Assembly: GCA_046757525.1 (NCBI GenBank)
Contig: JBHHYI010000004.1
Span: forward strand, 1 to 58,777
Origin: a bacterium
Lineage (GTDB): Bacteria > Zhuqueibacterota > Zhuqueibacteria > Oceanimicrobiales > Oceanimicrobiaceae
Length of the DNA stretch: 58,777 bases
Direction: 5' to 3'
Every line of letters begins with the position of its first letter. The stretch's first letter is position 1. This document shows positions 46,382 to 55,866 of this stretch, piece after piece. The notes beneath the pieces are model-generated. The model had not been told where the DNA came from and did no database searches. It was given only the letters and a program-made list of their open reading frames with translations. The translations under genes were made by a program, and so were the position numbers.

Positions 46382-47355
46382 CGAAACAAACGGAGCTTAC
46401 GATGCGAAGCAAGCAATTCCTGATGGTGCTTCTCCAAACGGGTCTGCTTTTGCTGGCCTGCCAAAGGGGAGCCAAAAACTCTACAGATGGGCCGACGGTT
46501 GCTTTGGTGATGAAGACGTTGAACAATCCTTTTTTCATCGACATGCAAAAGGGAGCAGAGGAAGCCGCGAAACGGTTAGGAGTTAATCTTGTGATACAAG
46601 CGCCAGAACGCGAAATCGATGTGGAAAAGCAGATGCAGATTGCCGAGAACCTCATCCAACGAAAAGTGGATGCCATTTGCATAACGCCGAGTGGTTCCAA
46701 AGAAATCGTTCCGGCAATCGTAAAAGCTAACAGAAACAACATTCCTGTTTTGATCGTTGACACCCAGGTGGATGAACGGACGCTTGTGGGGGCAGGAGGG
46801 AAGACCGCGACTTTTATCGGCTCCGACAATGTTGAGGGAGGAAGGTTGGCCGGTGAATACATCGCGAAAGCACTGCATGGCAATGGCAAGGTTGCGGTTC
46901 TCGAAGGCATTCCCGGCCACGAGACGGGAGATCAACGCCTCAAAGGTTTTCATCAGGCCGTCGATAAAATAGCTGGCATCCAGGTGGTCGCCTCTCAGAC
47001 GGCGAATTGGGAAAGAGATCAAGGGTTCAACGTCTTTCAAAACATTTTGCAATCGCACCCCGATGTACAGGCTCTGTTTGCTTGCAACGACATGATGGCG
47101 CTTGGAGCCGTGGAGGCGATTGCCGCTGCTGGCAAAACGGGTAGCCTCCTTGTAGTTGGCTTTGACGCCGTCAGGGACGCGCGCCAAGCCATCGACCGGG
47201 GAGAAATGGCTGCCTCCATCCAACAACACCCAGAAGAAATGGGCAGGCTGGCCATCGAAAAAGCGGTGGAGCTGATCCATGGAAAGCCGATCCCACCCTT
47301 CATCGCTACCAACATCGGGCTTATTACTCAGGATTCCGCTGGAGGCGCGCCATGA
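46378..47355 (+). CDS. rbsB: Sugar ABC transporter substrate-binding lipoprotein
   Basis: Lipobox LLAC, KTLNNPFF, IGSDN, ANWERDQG, ACNDMMALG, VGFD; start may be ATG 46402. Confidence 0.85.
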   Translation: MTKQTELTMRSKQFLMVLLQTGLLLLACQRGAKNSTDGPTVALVMKTLNNPFFIDMQKGAEEAAKRLGVNLVIQAPEREIDVEKQMQIAENLIQRKVDAICITPSGSKEIVPAIVKANRNNIPVLIVDTQVDERTLVGAGGKTATFIGSDNVEGGRLAGEYIAKALHGNGKVAVLEGIPGHETGDQRLKGFHQAVDKIAGIQVVASQTANWERDQGFNVFQNILQSHPDVQALFACNDMMALGAVEAIAAAGKTGSLLVVGFDAVRDARQAIDRGEMAASIQQHPEEMGRLAIEKAVELIHGKPIPPFIATNIGLITQDSAGGAP

Positions 47356-47609
47356 GATTTGTAAAGAAAATTTAAATTAAGTTTTTATCACAAGTCTGTT
47401 ATGGTAGCCAATTGTTGCCTACATTGCTGGTCACAGCGCTGGCTGGCGCGAAGTTGCGCCCACAGCTCCGTTCGCTCGTGGCGCCTTATCGAAAAATTGT
47501 TCGCAAAAATCTGAAGCCAAAACCCATCTTGCGTCTCTTGCCATGAAATGAGCTGCTTCTGTTTGAAACGAGCAGAACCTCCACTATGTCAGAAACACAA
47601 TTAAATAAC

Positions 47610-47638
47610 TTGATTTTATCTGCCGATTTTAGTAAACT
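47610..47638 (+). promoter_or_regulatory. sigma70-type promoter for the TPR gene
   Basis: TTGATT (47610-47615), 17 nt, TAAACT (47633-47638). Confidence 0.55.
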
Positions 47639-47706
47639 AAAAGTTGCATCTAAGATATTGGAAGTTTCGTTAAATAAGTGATCGCCTAAATCAGACCTGC
47701 GTATAA

Positions 47707-49083
47707 ATGGAAGGTTCTCCACAAAAATTTGTCTCGGTAACTCTAAACATCAACACCTTTTCCTCTATGAATGGCGAGCTGAAAGGCATTGCCGACGAGC
47801 ATGAGAGACGACATTACATTGCGCAATTCTGTCAGCAAAAATATAGTGGAGAGGGGAAGCTCGACATCCAGCTTAACGATTACCAGGTAACCTTGAAGTG
47901 GCTGCAGCCGAAAGTCGATTCCAGGGCAGAATTCTTGCACAAAGAAGCTTTGTCCCTGGCCCGCCAGAAGCAATTCGCAAAAGCCATCAACAATTGGGTT
48001 AAAGCCATTGCAGTCAATTCAACAGATCCAGATTACTACTTCAACTTAGGTATTGCTTTCTTTGAGCAGAAGAATTATCAGGAATCCATCGAGAATTTGA
48101 AGAAAGCGATTTCTTTATGTCCTATATACCACAAAGCTCATTTAGTTCTTGGTACAATCTACCTAAAGACCAGAAAATACAAGGAATCCGAGCAGCATCT
48201 CAAGGAGAGCATTAGCTTTAAGCCGAACAATGCGTTGACCTATCTCAATCTGGGTGCTGTCTACAGTATACTCAGACGCTACGAGGATGGCATTCGCATG
48301 TTCACGAAAGTCATTGAGCTGTCCCCCAGGGAAGCGAGAGCTTACTTTGGGTTAGGTAAAGTTTATTTGCTGCAAGGGCAAACCCAAAAAGCGCAAGAGT
48401 GCTTTAATAGCGTCATTGAATGTGACGGCAAGGGCAACTTGTCCAATCTGGCAAAACGCACTTTGGCCTCAATTTCTACTAATAGAGACAATCTCTCTTC
48501 AGAAGGCATCGATCCTAAGAATGTGGAACAGTATTACCAGGAAGGTTACAAAGCCTTCTTGTTTAGCGATTATGATCGGGCTATTGAACAGTACAATAAC
48601 TATTTGAAGGTTAAACCTCAGGATGACTTCGTTTGGAGTTCACTGGGGGAGGCTTGTTTGCGTGCGGGCAAGGTGGAACAGGCGGTTGCTGCCTTTAAAA
48701 CGGCTATCAAGCAGAATCCGGGCAAGGGGTTGTATTACAAAGAGATTGCCCTCGCCCTGGATTTCCAGGGAAAAAGCAAGGAAGCTGTTGAATGTCTGAG
48801 GAAGGCCAAAGGGTTGGGTAAGGAAGACAGCATTACTTGTACAATCCTGGGCAAGAATTTGATTCGGCTGAACAATTACGCAGATGCCATTGTAAATCTT
48901 GAGAAAGCTCTCAAGATCAACATCACCAATCTGGTAGCTAAATATTATCTGGCCGTTGCCAACGCGCAGAACGGCGATGCGAACGATGCGATCAACTACT
49001 TAAGCGAGATCATTAAGTCTCCCATCAATAGCCCGCTGAAGGTTGAAGCCGAGAAGCTGCTGAAGGACCTACAAAGCAACTGA
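47707..49083 (+). CDS. Tetratricopeptide repeat protein
   Basis: Repeated 34-aa TPR pattern (YYFNLGIAF, AHLVLGTIY, TYLNLGAVY, AYFGLGKVY, VWSSLGEAC). Confidence 0.9.
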   Translation: MEGSPQKFVSVTLNINTFSSMNGELKGIADEHERRHYIAQFCQQKYSGEGKLDIQLNDYQVTLKWLQPKVDSRAEFLHKEALSLARQKQFAKAINNWVKAIAVNSTDPDYYFNLGIAFFEQKNYQESIENLKKAISLCPIYHKAHLVLGTIYLKTRKYKESEQHLKESISFKPNNALTYLNLGAVYSILRRYEDGIRMFTKVIELSPREARAYFGLGKVYLLQGQTQKAQECFNSVIECDGKGNLSNLAKRTLASISTNRDNLSSEGIDPKNVEQYYQEGYKAFLFSDYDRAIEQYNNYLKVKPQDDFVWSSLGEACLRAGKVEQAVAAFKTAIKQNPGKGLYYKEIALALDFQGKSKEAVECLRKAKGLGKEDSITCTILGKNLIRLNNYADAIVNLEKALKINITNLVAKYYLAVANAQNGDANDAINYLSEIIKSPINSPLKVEAEKLLKDLQSN

Positions 49084-49134
49084 CGCATAATAGATATTAT
49101 GTAAACAGATAAGCTTACCTTGCCCTTTGCTTCG

Positions 49135-49209
49135 TCGGGGCGCCCGGATTCGAACCGGGGACCTCCACATCCCGAATGTGGCGCGCTAACCGGGCTGCGC
49201 TACGCCCCG
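49135..49209 (-). tRNA. tRNA-Pro(CGG)
   Basis: Minus strand cggggcg..cgccccg-a, anticodon arm ccaca-tt-CGG-ga-tgtgg, ggttcgaatcc. Confidence 0.96.
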
Positions 49210-49214
49210 TGGTG

Positions 49215-49874
49215 TTACCGGAAAAACAACTTAATCAAGATAAAGCCGGCGACTAACAATAAGATAAAAACAATTGCCAAATAATCAAAGTATTTTTCGA
49301 TGGTTCTTTTTATGGAGGCACCAAATCGCCAAATTAAACCGCTAATTATGAAAAATCGCGCAGATCGGCTGATTGCTGAGGCCAGCAAGAATCCCCAAAA
49401 ATTGATCTTGAAAACACCGCTAGAAATAGTGAATATCTTATAAGGGATGAATGTAAACCCGGCCGTAAACACGATCAGGAAATCGTACGTCCCATATAAT
49501 CGTTTTATTTGGGTAAATCGAGCTTCAGAAAATCCAGGAATATAGTTAAAAAAGAAATCCCCCACCCAATTCCAAAAGCCAAACCCAATCAAGTAACCGA
49601 ACATTCCACCTAAGATTGAACCAACAGAGCAAATCAAGGCAAATTTAAGAGCTTTTTTCCTCACCGAAATGGTCAATGCGATCAACAAGACATCTGGTGG
49701 AATGGGAAAAAAAGACGATTCGGAGAAAGACAAAGCAAACAAAGCCCAGGGCCCGTAAGGTGTCTCAGCCCAGTGCAGGACCCAATTGTACATTCGTCGA
49801 ATGATGTTCCTTTTCTTCGGCGTGGCGACCGCAGTCTGACTTTTAGTTGTTGTGGATTCTTCGTCCAAAATCAT
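49215..49874 (-). CDS. DedA/YqaA family membrane protein
   Basis: SFSESSFFPIPPDVLL, AGFTFIPYKIFT, SRSARFF. Confidence 0.9.
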   Translation of the reverse strand: MILDEESTTTKSQTAVATPKKRNIIRRMYNWVLHWAETPYGPWALFALSFSESSFFPIPPDVLLIALTISVRKKALKFALICSVGSILGGMFGYLIGFGFWNWVGDFFFNYIPGFSEARFTQIKRLYGTYDFLIVFTAGFTFIPYKIFTISSGVFKINFWGFLLASAISRSARFFIISGLIWRFGASIKRTIEKYFDYLAIVFILLLVAGFILIKLFFR

Positions 49875-49883
49875 CGAAACTTT

Positions 49884-50576
49884 TTAATTCGTGTGGCTCC
49901 AGAATAGACTGTTGCAATACAACCTCACAAATTGCCACGTATCTTTGAGCAGCCGCATCCTGCTGGAATGATCCTTCTGGTAAATTGTCCGAATATCAAT
50001 GGAATCGATTACATAGCCATGGAGAGCGGCTTTGACGGCAAGTTCACTTTCCAGGTCGAAGCCATTACAGTCTAAGTTTATGTTTTTCAACACTTCAGCC
50101 TTGATCAATCTAAAGCCGCACTGACTGTCTCTAATTCTTGTTCCTGTCCGCCAGGAAATGAGTCTGGAGGTCAGATAATTGCTCACAACTCTGTGGAACG
50201 GCATATCGTGAATGTTGGACATTCGGCAGCCAAAGATCAAATCAGGGCCACTTTTCTTGAACTCACAAAGAAAGCGATGGATGTCGCTGGGATCGTGCTG
50301 ACAGTCCGCGTCCAGGGTAACGATCACCCGGGCATTCAAGTCAAGAGCCTTGTCAAATCCTGATTTGAGCGCTGCGCCCTTGCCCAAGTTTTGGTCATGT
50401 TCCACGTACACGGCACCCAGGCTCTGGCATATTTCCCTGGTACGATCAGTGGAACCATCATTCACAATAATGACAGGGCTGTCAGGTAGATTCTGCTTAA
50501 CGCCCTGGAACACGCGTTGAATCGTCTTCTCCGCATTTACCGCGGGTATGACGACCACTATTTCTTCAGGCCGCAT
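49884..50576 (-). CDS. Glycosyltransferase family 2 (DPM-like)
   Basis: VVIPA, NDGSTD, GKGAAL, TLDADCQH, DSQCGFR. Confidence 0.92.
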   Translation of the reverse strand: MRPEEIVVVIPAVNAEKTIQRVFQGVKQNLPDSPVIIVNDGSTDRTREICQSLGAVYVEHDQNLGKGAALKSGFDKALDLNARVIVTLDADCQHDPSDIHRFLCEFKKSGPDLIFGCRMSNIHDMPFHRVVSNYLTSRLISWRTGTRIRDSQCGFRLIKAEVLKNINLDCNGFDLESELAVKAALHGYVIDSIDIRTIYQKDHSSRMRLLKDTWQFVRLYCNSLFWSHTN

Positions 50577-50599
50577 TAAACCATTTTCAAAAATATGCT

Positions 50600-50628
50600 A
50601 ATATATACGCTTATTTTCAAAAATGCAA
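50600..50628 (-). promoter_or_regulatory. sigma70-type promoter for GT2-dedA-tRNA-Pro
   Basis: Minus strand TTGCAT (50628-50623), 17 nt, TATATT (50605-50600). Confidence 0.6.
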
Positions 50629-50683
50629 TAAGAATATTCCCTTGGAGCGAGATCCAAGATCAAAGGGTGTTCTTGTCCAAACT

Positions 50684-53338
50684 TCAGTCGTCTGCAGCCA
50701 AAACGCTGGCACGCGCCTCAATCCACTTGTCAAGCGTTTCCAAAAGCAGTCTCTTTTTGATCGGCTTGGTAATATAATCATCCATCTCGTGTTCGAGGCA
50801 TTTCTGTCGATACCCCTTGATCGCGTGAGCCGTCAGAGCGATTATGGGAATGCGTTGTTGATTGGTCTTGTGCTCCCAGGTCCGGATCTGTTCAGTTGCT
50901 TCAAACCCGTCCTGGACAGGCATGTAAATGTCCATCAAGATGATGTCGTAGTGAGCTTTCTGAACAGCTTTCACCGCCACCTGTCCATTGTCAGCGACTT
51001 CGATCAGATACCCGGCCCTTTCCAGTATCTTTCTGACCAGCTTTTGGTTATCCAGGTTATCTTCCACCAGGAGCACTCGTTTGTGAATTCTTTTGCGGAA
51101 CAATTCCAATGTGTTCTTGATTTTGGAGATGTTTTTCTCATCTCCTCTAACGTCAAGAGCATCCAAAATGATTTCCAGCAGTCGTGTCTGTTTTACTGGT
51201 TTTGTAACAACCTCCAGGTCTTCCTGCAAAGCCGAATCAACCTTTGTTGCGGCAAGAAGTATGCATTTTGTGTTTTTCAACCTCTCGTCCTTCCTTAAGA
51301 ATCGAGCCAATCCCAGGTCTGCTTTATCCCGTGTTGGCTGGTCGAATATTATGAGGTCGATCGCTTCATCATCGTTCTCCTTTAACAAAGAAAGCGCTTG
51401 CTGGTAATTTTGCACCTGCTTTACTCTGTGACCCCAGGCGTGGAGCGTTTTTTGCAGAGCAGGAAAACTGCACTCGTCGTGACTGACAATCAATATGCTT
51501 GAACCCCTGAAATCGCGATCAAGCAGGGGTAAGAACTCTTGTCGATCCTTTCCCGTGGTCAATTCCAAATCAAAACAAAACGCACTGCCTTTACTCAGCG
51601 CGCTTACAACTCTCATTTCGCCTCCCATCAATTCAATCAGTGACTTTGAAATGTTCAGGCCGAGACCCGTGCCCCCAAATCTCCGTGTGGTCGAGGTGTC
51701 TGCTTGCGAAAACTTCTCAAAAACTTTCTTCAGATTCTTTGGCGAAATGCCGATGCCACTGTCCGCCACTTCGAAACGCAGTTTCACCGGGGTGTGCTGG
51801 TTTTTGCTCGTGTGTGGTGGGCCAAGGGGCTCGACCTTCAAGACCACTTCTCCTTTGTCGGTGAATTTGATGGCATTACCCACCAGGTTGACCAGAATCT
51901 GGCGCAATCGCGTGGGGTCACCAACCAGTCGGCAAGGAAGTTGGGGCCAAAGTTGGCAAGAGAGTTTGATTCCTTTTGCTTGAGCGCTCACACCAAAGAT
52001 TTCTACGACCCCTTCAATCACTTCGCGTAAATCGAATTCAATCTCTTCTATTTCTATTTGCCCGGCTTCGATTTTGGATATGTCGAGGATGTCGTTAATC
52101 AGGCTGAGCAATCCCTCGGAAGAAGACTGCACAATCTCAAGAAACTCCTGCTGTTCTGCGGTCAATGTTGTTTCCAGGACCAAATTGCACATGCCGATGA
52201 TTGCATTCAATGGCGTGCGAATCTCATGACTCATATTGGTCAAGAACTCCGTTTTAGCCCGCGTCGCCGCTTCTGCTGCTTCCTTCGTGCGTTTCAATTC
52301 CTCTTCAGCACGTTTGCGTTCGGTAATGTCCTCATAGAGTGCGAAGACCCCCACCTTTTTTCGACCAACAACGATTGGGGCCCCGCTGACGGTAACCTGT
52401 ACCAGGGAACCGTCTTTCCGGCAGCGCAACGATTCCACTTTTGCTCGATTCCCTTGCAGGGCCGCCTTTGTGAGTTGCTTAGCTTCTGCCCGTTTTTCTT
52501 TGGGAACAATGAAATCATCGATGTCCTTGCCCTTTAACTCTTCGAGTGCAAAGCCAAAAAGTGCCTGGAATTGCGGGTTAATGGTGACGACGTTGTCATT
52601 CAAATCCAACGAGACAATGGCTTCAGGAGCGTTATTAAACAGAGCTTCGAAATATTTCTTGTGTGTGGTCAATTTTGCTTCGGCTTGCTTGCGCACCTTG
52701 ATTTCTCGTTTTAAGGTTTCGTTGGCCTGCAAGACCTGAGAGGTTTTTTCTGCCACCCTCTGTTCCAGGCGCTTGTTGTAGTTTTCAATTTCCTGGTAAA
52801 GGGTGGCATTTTCAATGGCCAACGAAGTGGTCATGAGGGCAATGGAAAGCATATCGAAAGTTTCGTGATAAATTCGATCTCTCCGAGCAAAGAGTTGACC
52901 GACAAACATGCCCAAAGCCTGATTTTCCGTGGTAAGAGAGTGAAAAACCAGCGCGGACTTCTTTTCCAGTCTTAAGGGCTTGATGATCACCGGGTTGTTC
53001 TGATTGAGGGCCCAGGCGAAGGTGCCGGCTTCTATCTGCGAATCGACCTCCTGGCATATTGCTTCCCTCAAAAACGTTGGATAGACATGCTTGAGAACAA
53101 AATCAAACGAGTCATACTGGTACAGGTAAAACGCAACGGATTTGAAGTCTATGAGATGAAGTACGCGATGGGTACTTTCTTCGAAAATGGTCGTCAAATT
53201 GTGATGGGAACCAATTTTTTTTTGGAAACTGGTTAAGGATCTGATAGCTTCCAATGAGGCCTGGATCTTTTGATTGACCGCCTCGAGATGAGCGACCCTG
53301 TTTTCCAGGTACCTGGTTCTTGAGTTGCCCTGTTTCAA
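50684..53338 (-). CDS. Hybrid sensor histidine kinase (GAF-like, PAS, HisKA, HATPase, two receiver domains)
   Basis: MSHEIRTPL, NLVGNAIKFT, DSGIG, GGTGLGL; terminal REC LLVED..ILMD..ALTA..KP; first REC lacks the N-terminal acidic pair (LIVSHD). Confidence 0.93.
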   Translation of the reverse strand: MKQGNSRTRYLENRVAHLEAVNQKIQASLEAIRSLTSFQKKIGSHHNLTTIFEESTHRVLHLIDFKSVAFYLYQYDSFDFVLKHVYPTFLREAICQEVDSQIEAGTFAWALNQNNPVIIKPLRLEKKSALVFHSLTTENQALGMFVGQLFARRDRIYHETFDMLSIALMTTSLAIENATLYQEIENYNKRLEQRVAEKTSQVLQANETLKREIKVRKQAEAKLTTHKKYFEALFNNAPEAIVSLDLNDNVVTINPQFQALFGFALEELKGKDIDDFIVPKEKRAEAKQLTKAALQGNRAKVESLRCRKDGSLVQVTVSGAPIVVGRKKVGVFALYEDITERKRAEEELKRTKEAAEAATRAKTEFLTNMSHEIRTPLNAIIGMCNLVLETTLTAEQQEFLEIVQSSSEGLLSLINDILDISKIEAGQIEIEEIEFDLREVIEGVVEIFGVSAQAKGIKLSCQLWPQLPCRLVGDPTRLRQILVNLVGNAIKFTDKGEVVLKVEPLGPPHTSKNQHTPVKLRFEVADSGIGISPKNLKKVFEKFSQADTSTTRRFGGTGLGLNISKSLIELMGGEMRVVSALSKGSAFCFDLELTTGKDRQEFLPLLDRDFRGSSILIVSHDECSFPALQKTLHAWGHRVKQVQNYQQALSLLKENDDEAIDLIIFDQPTRDKADLGLARFLRKDERLKNTKCILLAATKVDSALQEDLEVVTKPVKQTRLLEIILDALDVRGDEKNISKIKNTLELFRKRIHKRVLLVEDNLDNQKLVRKILERAGYLIEVADNGQVAVKAVQKAHYDIILMDIYMPVQDGFEATEQIRTWEHKTNQQRIPIIALTAHAIKGYRQKCLEHEMDDYITKPIKKRLLLETLDKWIEARASVLAADD

Positions 53339-53347
53339 TAGAGGTTC

Positions 53348-54211
53348 CTACGATTTTTTGTCATCGATCATCAGAAACGCAATCGAATCGTCGAACTGCT
53401 CGTACACTTTTGCCACGGCCGTTGCTAAAATGCTCGATTTGAGACCGGTGAGATCCCAGGCCACCCGACTCAGCGGCGGCACCAAGAAATCACCGCTGAA
53501 GCCTATCTCACAGGCGTGGACCACAATGTTGGCAATATGGACGACGGCTGTCAAGTCTGAATCGTCCCTGGATTTCGAAGGATCGTGGTGGTACCGAATG
53601 GCTTCGCTTAACGAAGCCGGGAGATTCCAGGTGCGAATGAGCTCCCCTCCTACTTCAGCGTGCGTAAATCCAAACACCTCTCTTTCGATTTCAAAGGCCA
53701 GTCTATTGCTTTCTCTGGCCATTTCATAAACCTCCACGTATTTCTCAGGAAAATTTTCCAGTAAAACCAGGCGACCAAAATCGTGCAAGAAACCCGCGAC
53801 AAAAAAGGATTCGGGCCTTTGCTCCCCTTTGTACACAGCCAGCACCCGCGATGCGATGCCACAAGCGATGCTGTGTTCCCAGAAGCTTTTCATATTAATC
53901 GGGCTGTTCTTGCCGAATTCGTTAAAGACACTCCTGACCGACAACGCCAACACGAGGTCCTTGAGCTGTTTAAACCCGATGATTGTGACGGCTCTTGTTA
54001 CTGTTTCAATGCGGCCCGGGAACCCGTAGAATGCCGAATTGGCCAATCGCAGCAGCTTGGCGGTGAGTGCCTGATCTTTTTCAATGACACGGCCCAGGTC
54101 TGCGGCGCAACTCGTAGGATCATTTATAAGTTCGTTGACTTTTACGTAAATGGTAGGCAAGCTGGAGATTTTCTTGACGCTGCGTACGAGAGTTTCAATA
54201 TCATCCATCAA
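53348..54211 (-). CDS. HDOD domain protein
   Basis: SLPTI, DQALTAKLLRLANSAFYG, FWEHS, FLHDFG, THAEVG, WNLP, YHH. Confidence 0.92.
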   Translation of the reverse strand: MMDDIETLVRSVKKISSLPTIYVKVNELINDPTSCAADLGRVIEKDQALTAKLLRLANSAFYGFPGRIETVTRAVTIIGFKQLKDLVLALSVRSVFNEFGKNSPINMKSFWEHSIACGIASRVLAVYKGEQRPESFFVAGFLHDFGRLVLLENFPEKYVEVYEMARESNRLAFEIEREVFGFTHAEVGGELIRTWNLPASLSEAIRYHHDPSKSRDDSDLTAVVHIANIVVHACEIGFSGDFLVPPLSRVAWDLTGLKSSILATAVAKVYEQFDDSIAFLMIDDKKS

Positions 54212-54557
54212 GGTGTCCTGTTTTTTGGCTCAACTTGTTCCTGATTGCCAGCCGATACAACTCCTTGACCACGGGATCGGCCTTGTCGGTCTTCTGAAAC
54301 AAATAATCGACTTCGTGCGTAATTTGTTTCCTTATTTGATCGTCAATCACCACGACCCTTTTCTCCGCACTGGCTGCCTGGCCGGACCCTTCTGTGCCCT
54401 TGATCGTGACCTCTGTAATGCCCCAGGCTTTCAGCGTTTTCAGATGTTTTTCCGTTAATTCAACGTCTGGCTTAAACAGAACCCTGCCCTGCGGATTCAC
54501 CACGGGTTTGGCTAACTGCATGCCTGGCTTCGCTTGCCCTATGGTCAATGTCATCAT
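54201..54557 (-). CDS. Small hypothetical protein resembling the N-terminal accessory domain of HD-GYP proteins
   Basis: AKPGMQLAKPVVNPQGRVLF..LTEKHL..LKAWGI; overlaps the HDOD start. Confidence 0.7.
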   Translation of the reverse strand: MMTLTIGQAKPGMQLAKPVVNPQGRVLFKPDVELTEKHLKTLKAWGITEVTIKGTEGSGQAASAEKRVVVIDDQIRKQITHEVDYLFQKTDKADPVVKELYRLAIRNKLSQKTGHLDG

Positions 54558-54708
54558 TTTGTCCGTCTTATGCCTCGCAATCTTGTTGGGTGGATTTCAG
54601 TTACTGTTCTCTCAGGTTGCATCAATAATATATCGCCAACAACGAGCAATTCTTCAATTCGTTTGTCCTGAGCCCGAAAAAACGATTCAGGCTTTTTGCG
54701 GGAAAGTG

Positions 54709-55866
54709 TCAACCGTTTGACCGCTGTATCAGCTCCAGAACCTTGATCGGTTCTTTAACATGCCCATTTTGGGCAAAGTTCATAAGGCGTATCCTCTGCA
54801 GTTCGGAGATCTCATGCCCTTTAGGCACCAACAAAACCCCCAAATTGGTTCGTACATCAGCCGCCAGGATCATGCCCCGTTTGAGCTCTTGTGTGGTGAC
54901 GGTCCTTACAACAAATCCCTGTTTAACAGACAGGACTTCAGCGGATAGGGCGGCCAAAACATCGGGGTCGTACCATTCACTCTGAGTTTGCAGTTCGTCA
55001 AGAGCCTCGGTTGCGTTCCTGCCGGCAGCAACCAACGTGTCGAAATCCAGCACAACCTTTAGAATTCGGGAAATCAAAGGAATTTCCCTGCCCTTTTTGA
55101 AATCTTTGGGTGGCCCTCCCCCATCAAACCGTTTTTCCTGGTAACTGATGGCTTCAGCGATTTTCTCCAGACGCGGGATATTAGCGATCAGCTCGTCGCC
55201 TACCTGCACGTGGCTCAAAAACATCTCGCGTTCGCTCACAGACAACGCCTGACCCTGGTATTTCTTCCTCAGGATGTCCCCTGGTATGGTGACACAGCCG
55301 ATCTGTGATAGCAAGGCAGCAAGTTCAATTTCCCACAAGTCGCTCATGTTCAGCCGCTTTGCCGTTTGGCGGGCGACTTTCCTTATTCGGGTTGAACGGC
55401 TAAACGCATCCGGGCTGACGATGGACAGGATGTCGGCGAGAACCTTGACGCTGCCCTGCAACGTCTTCTCCAGCAATTCCCTTTCAGAGATGATCAGTCG
55501 GTACTGCTTGACCGCGTCGTCCAAAGCTTTTGTGATGATCTCATTGGGGCACGGCTTGGTCAAAAAGCGGAAAATGTACCCTCGGTTGACCACGGCAATG
55601 GCGTCATTCAAGTCGGCGTGGCCGGAAAGGAGGATTCTGACGCTGTCAGGGGTTTTCTCACGGGCTTTTGTTAGGAAGCTGACCCCGTCCATTTGTGGCA
55701 TCCTCATGTCGGACACGATCACCGCAAACGGCCCATTGTTTTGGATTTTCGCCAAACCTGTTTCTCCGCCTAAGGCCGTTTCAAGGTTGTAATGCCGGGA
55801 CAGAGTCCTTTTGAAGCTGTCGAGTATGTTGGGATCGTCATCAACAAAAAGAATTCTTTCTGTCAT
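54709..55866 (-). CDS. Response regulator with degenerate HD-GYP-like domain
   Basis: REC ILFVDDD..SDMRMP..KP; HD position reads LLSQIG; EKRFDGGGPP; start taken at MTERIL (55866). Confidence 0.88.
   Translation of the reverse strand: MTERILFVDDDPNILDSFKRTLSRHYNLETALGGETGLAKIQNNGPFAVIVSDMRMPQMDGVSFLTKAREKTPDSVRILLSGHADLNDAIAVVNRGYIFRFLTKPCPNEIITKALDDAVKQYRLIISERELLEKTLQGSVKVLADILSIVSPDAFSRSTRIRKVARQTAKRLNMSDLWEIELAALLSQIGCVTIPGDILRKKYQGQALSVSEREMFLSHVQVGDELIANIPRLEKIAEAISYQEKRFDGGGPPKDFKKGREIPLISRILKVVLDFDTLVAAGRNATEALDELQTQSEWYDPDVLAALSAEVLSVKQGFVVRTVTTQELKRGMILAADVRTNLGVLLVPKGHEISELQRIRLMNFAQNGHVKEPIKVLELIQRSNG

Noticed and set aside
47401-47514. Small Cys-containing ORF or attC-like site after rbsB
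   Set aside because: No RBS or family resemblance; only a short ggcgc/gcgcc hairpin and no paired R boxes
50583-50624. attttcaaaaat direct repeat in the GT2 promoter
   Set aside because: Low-complexity AT-rich pair; could be chance
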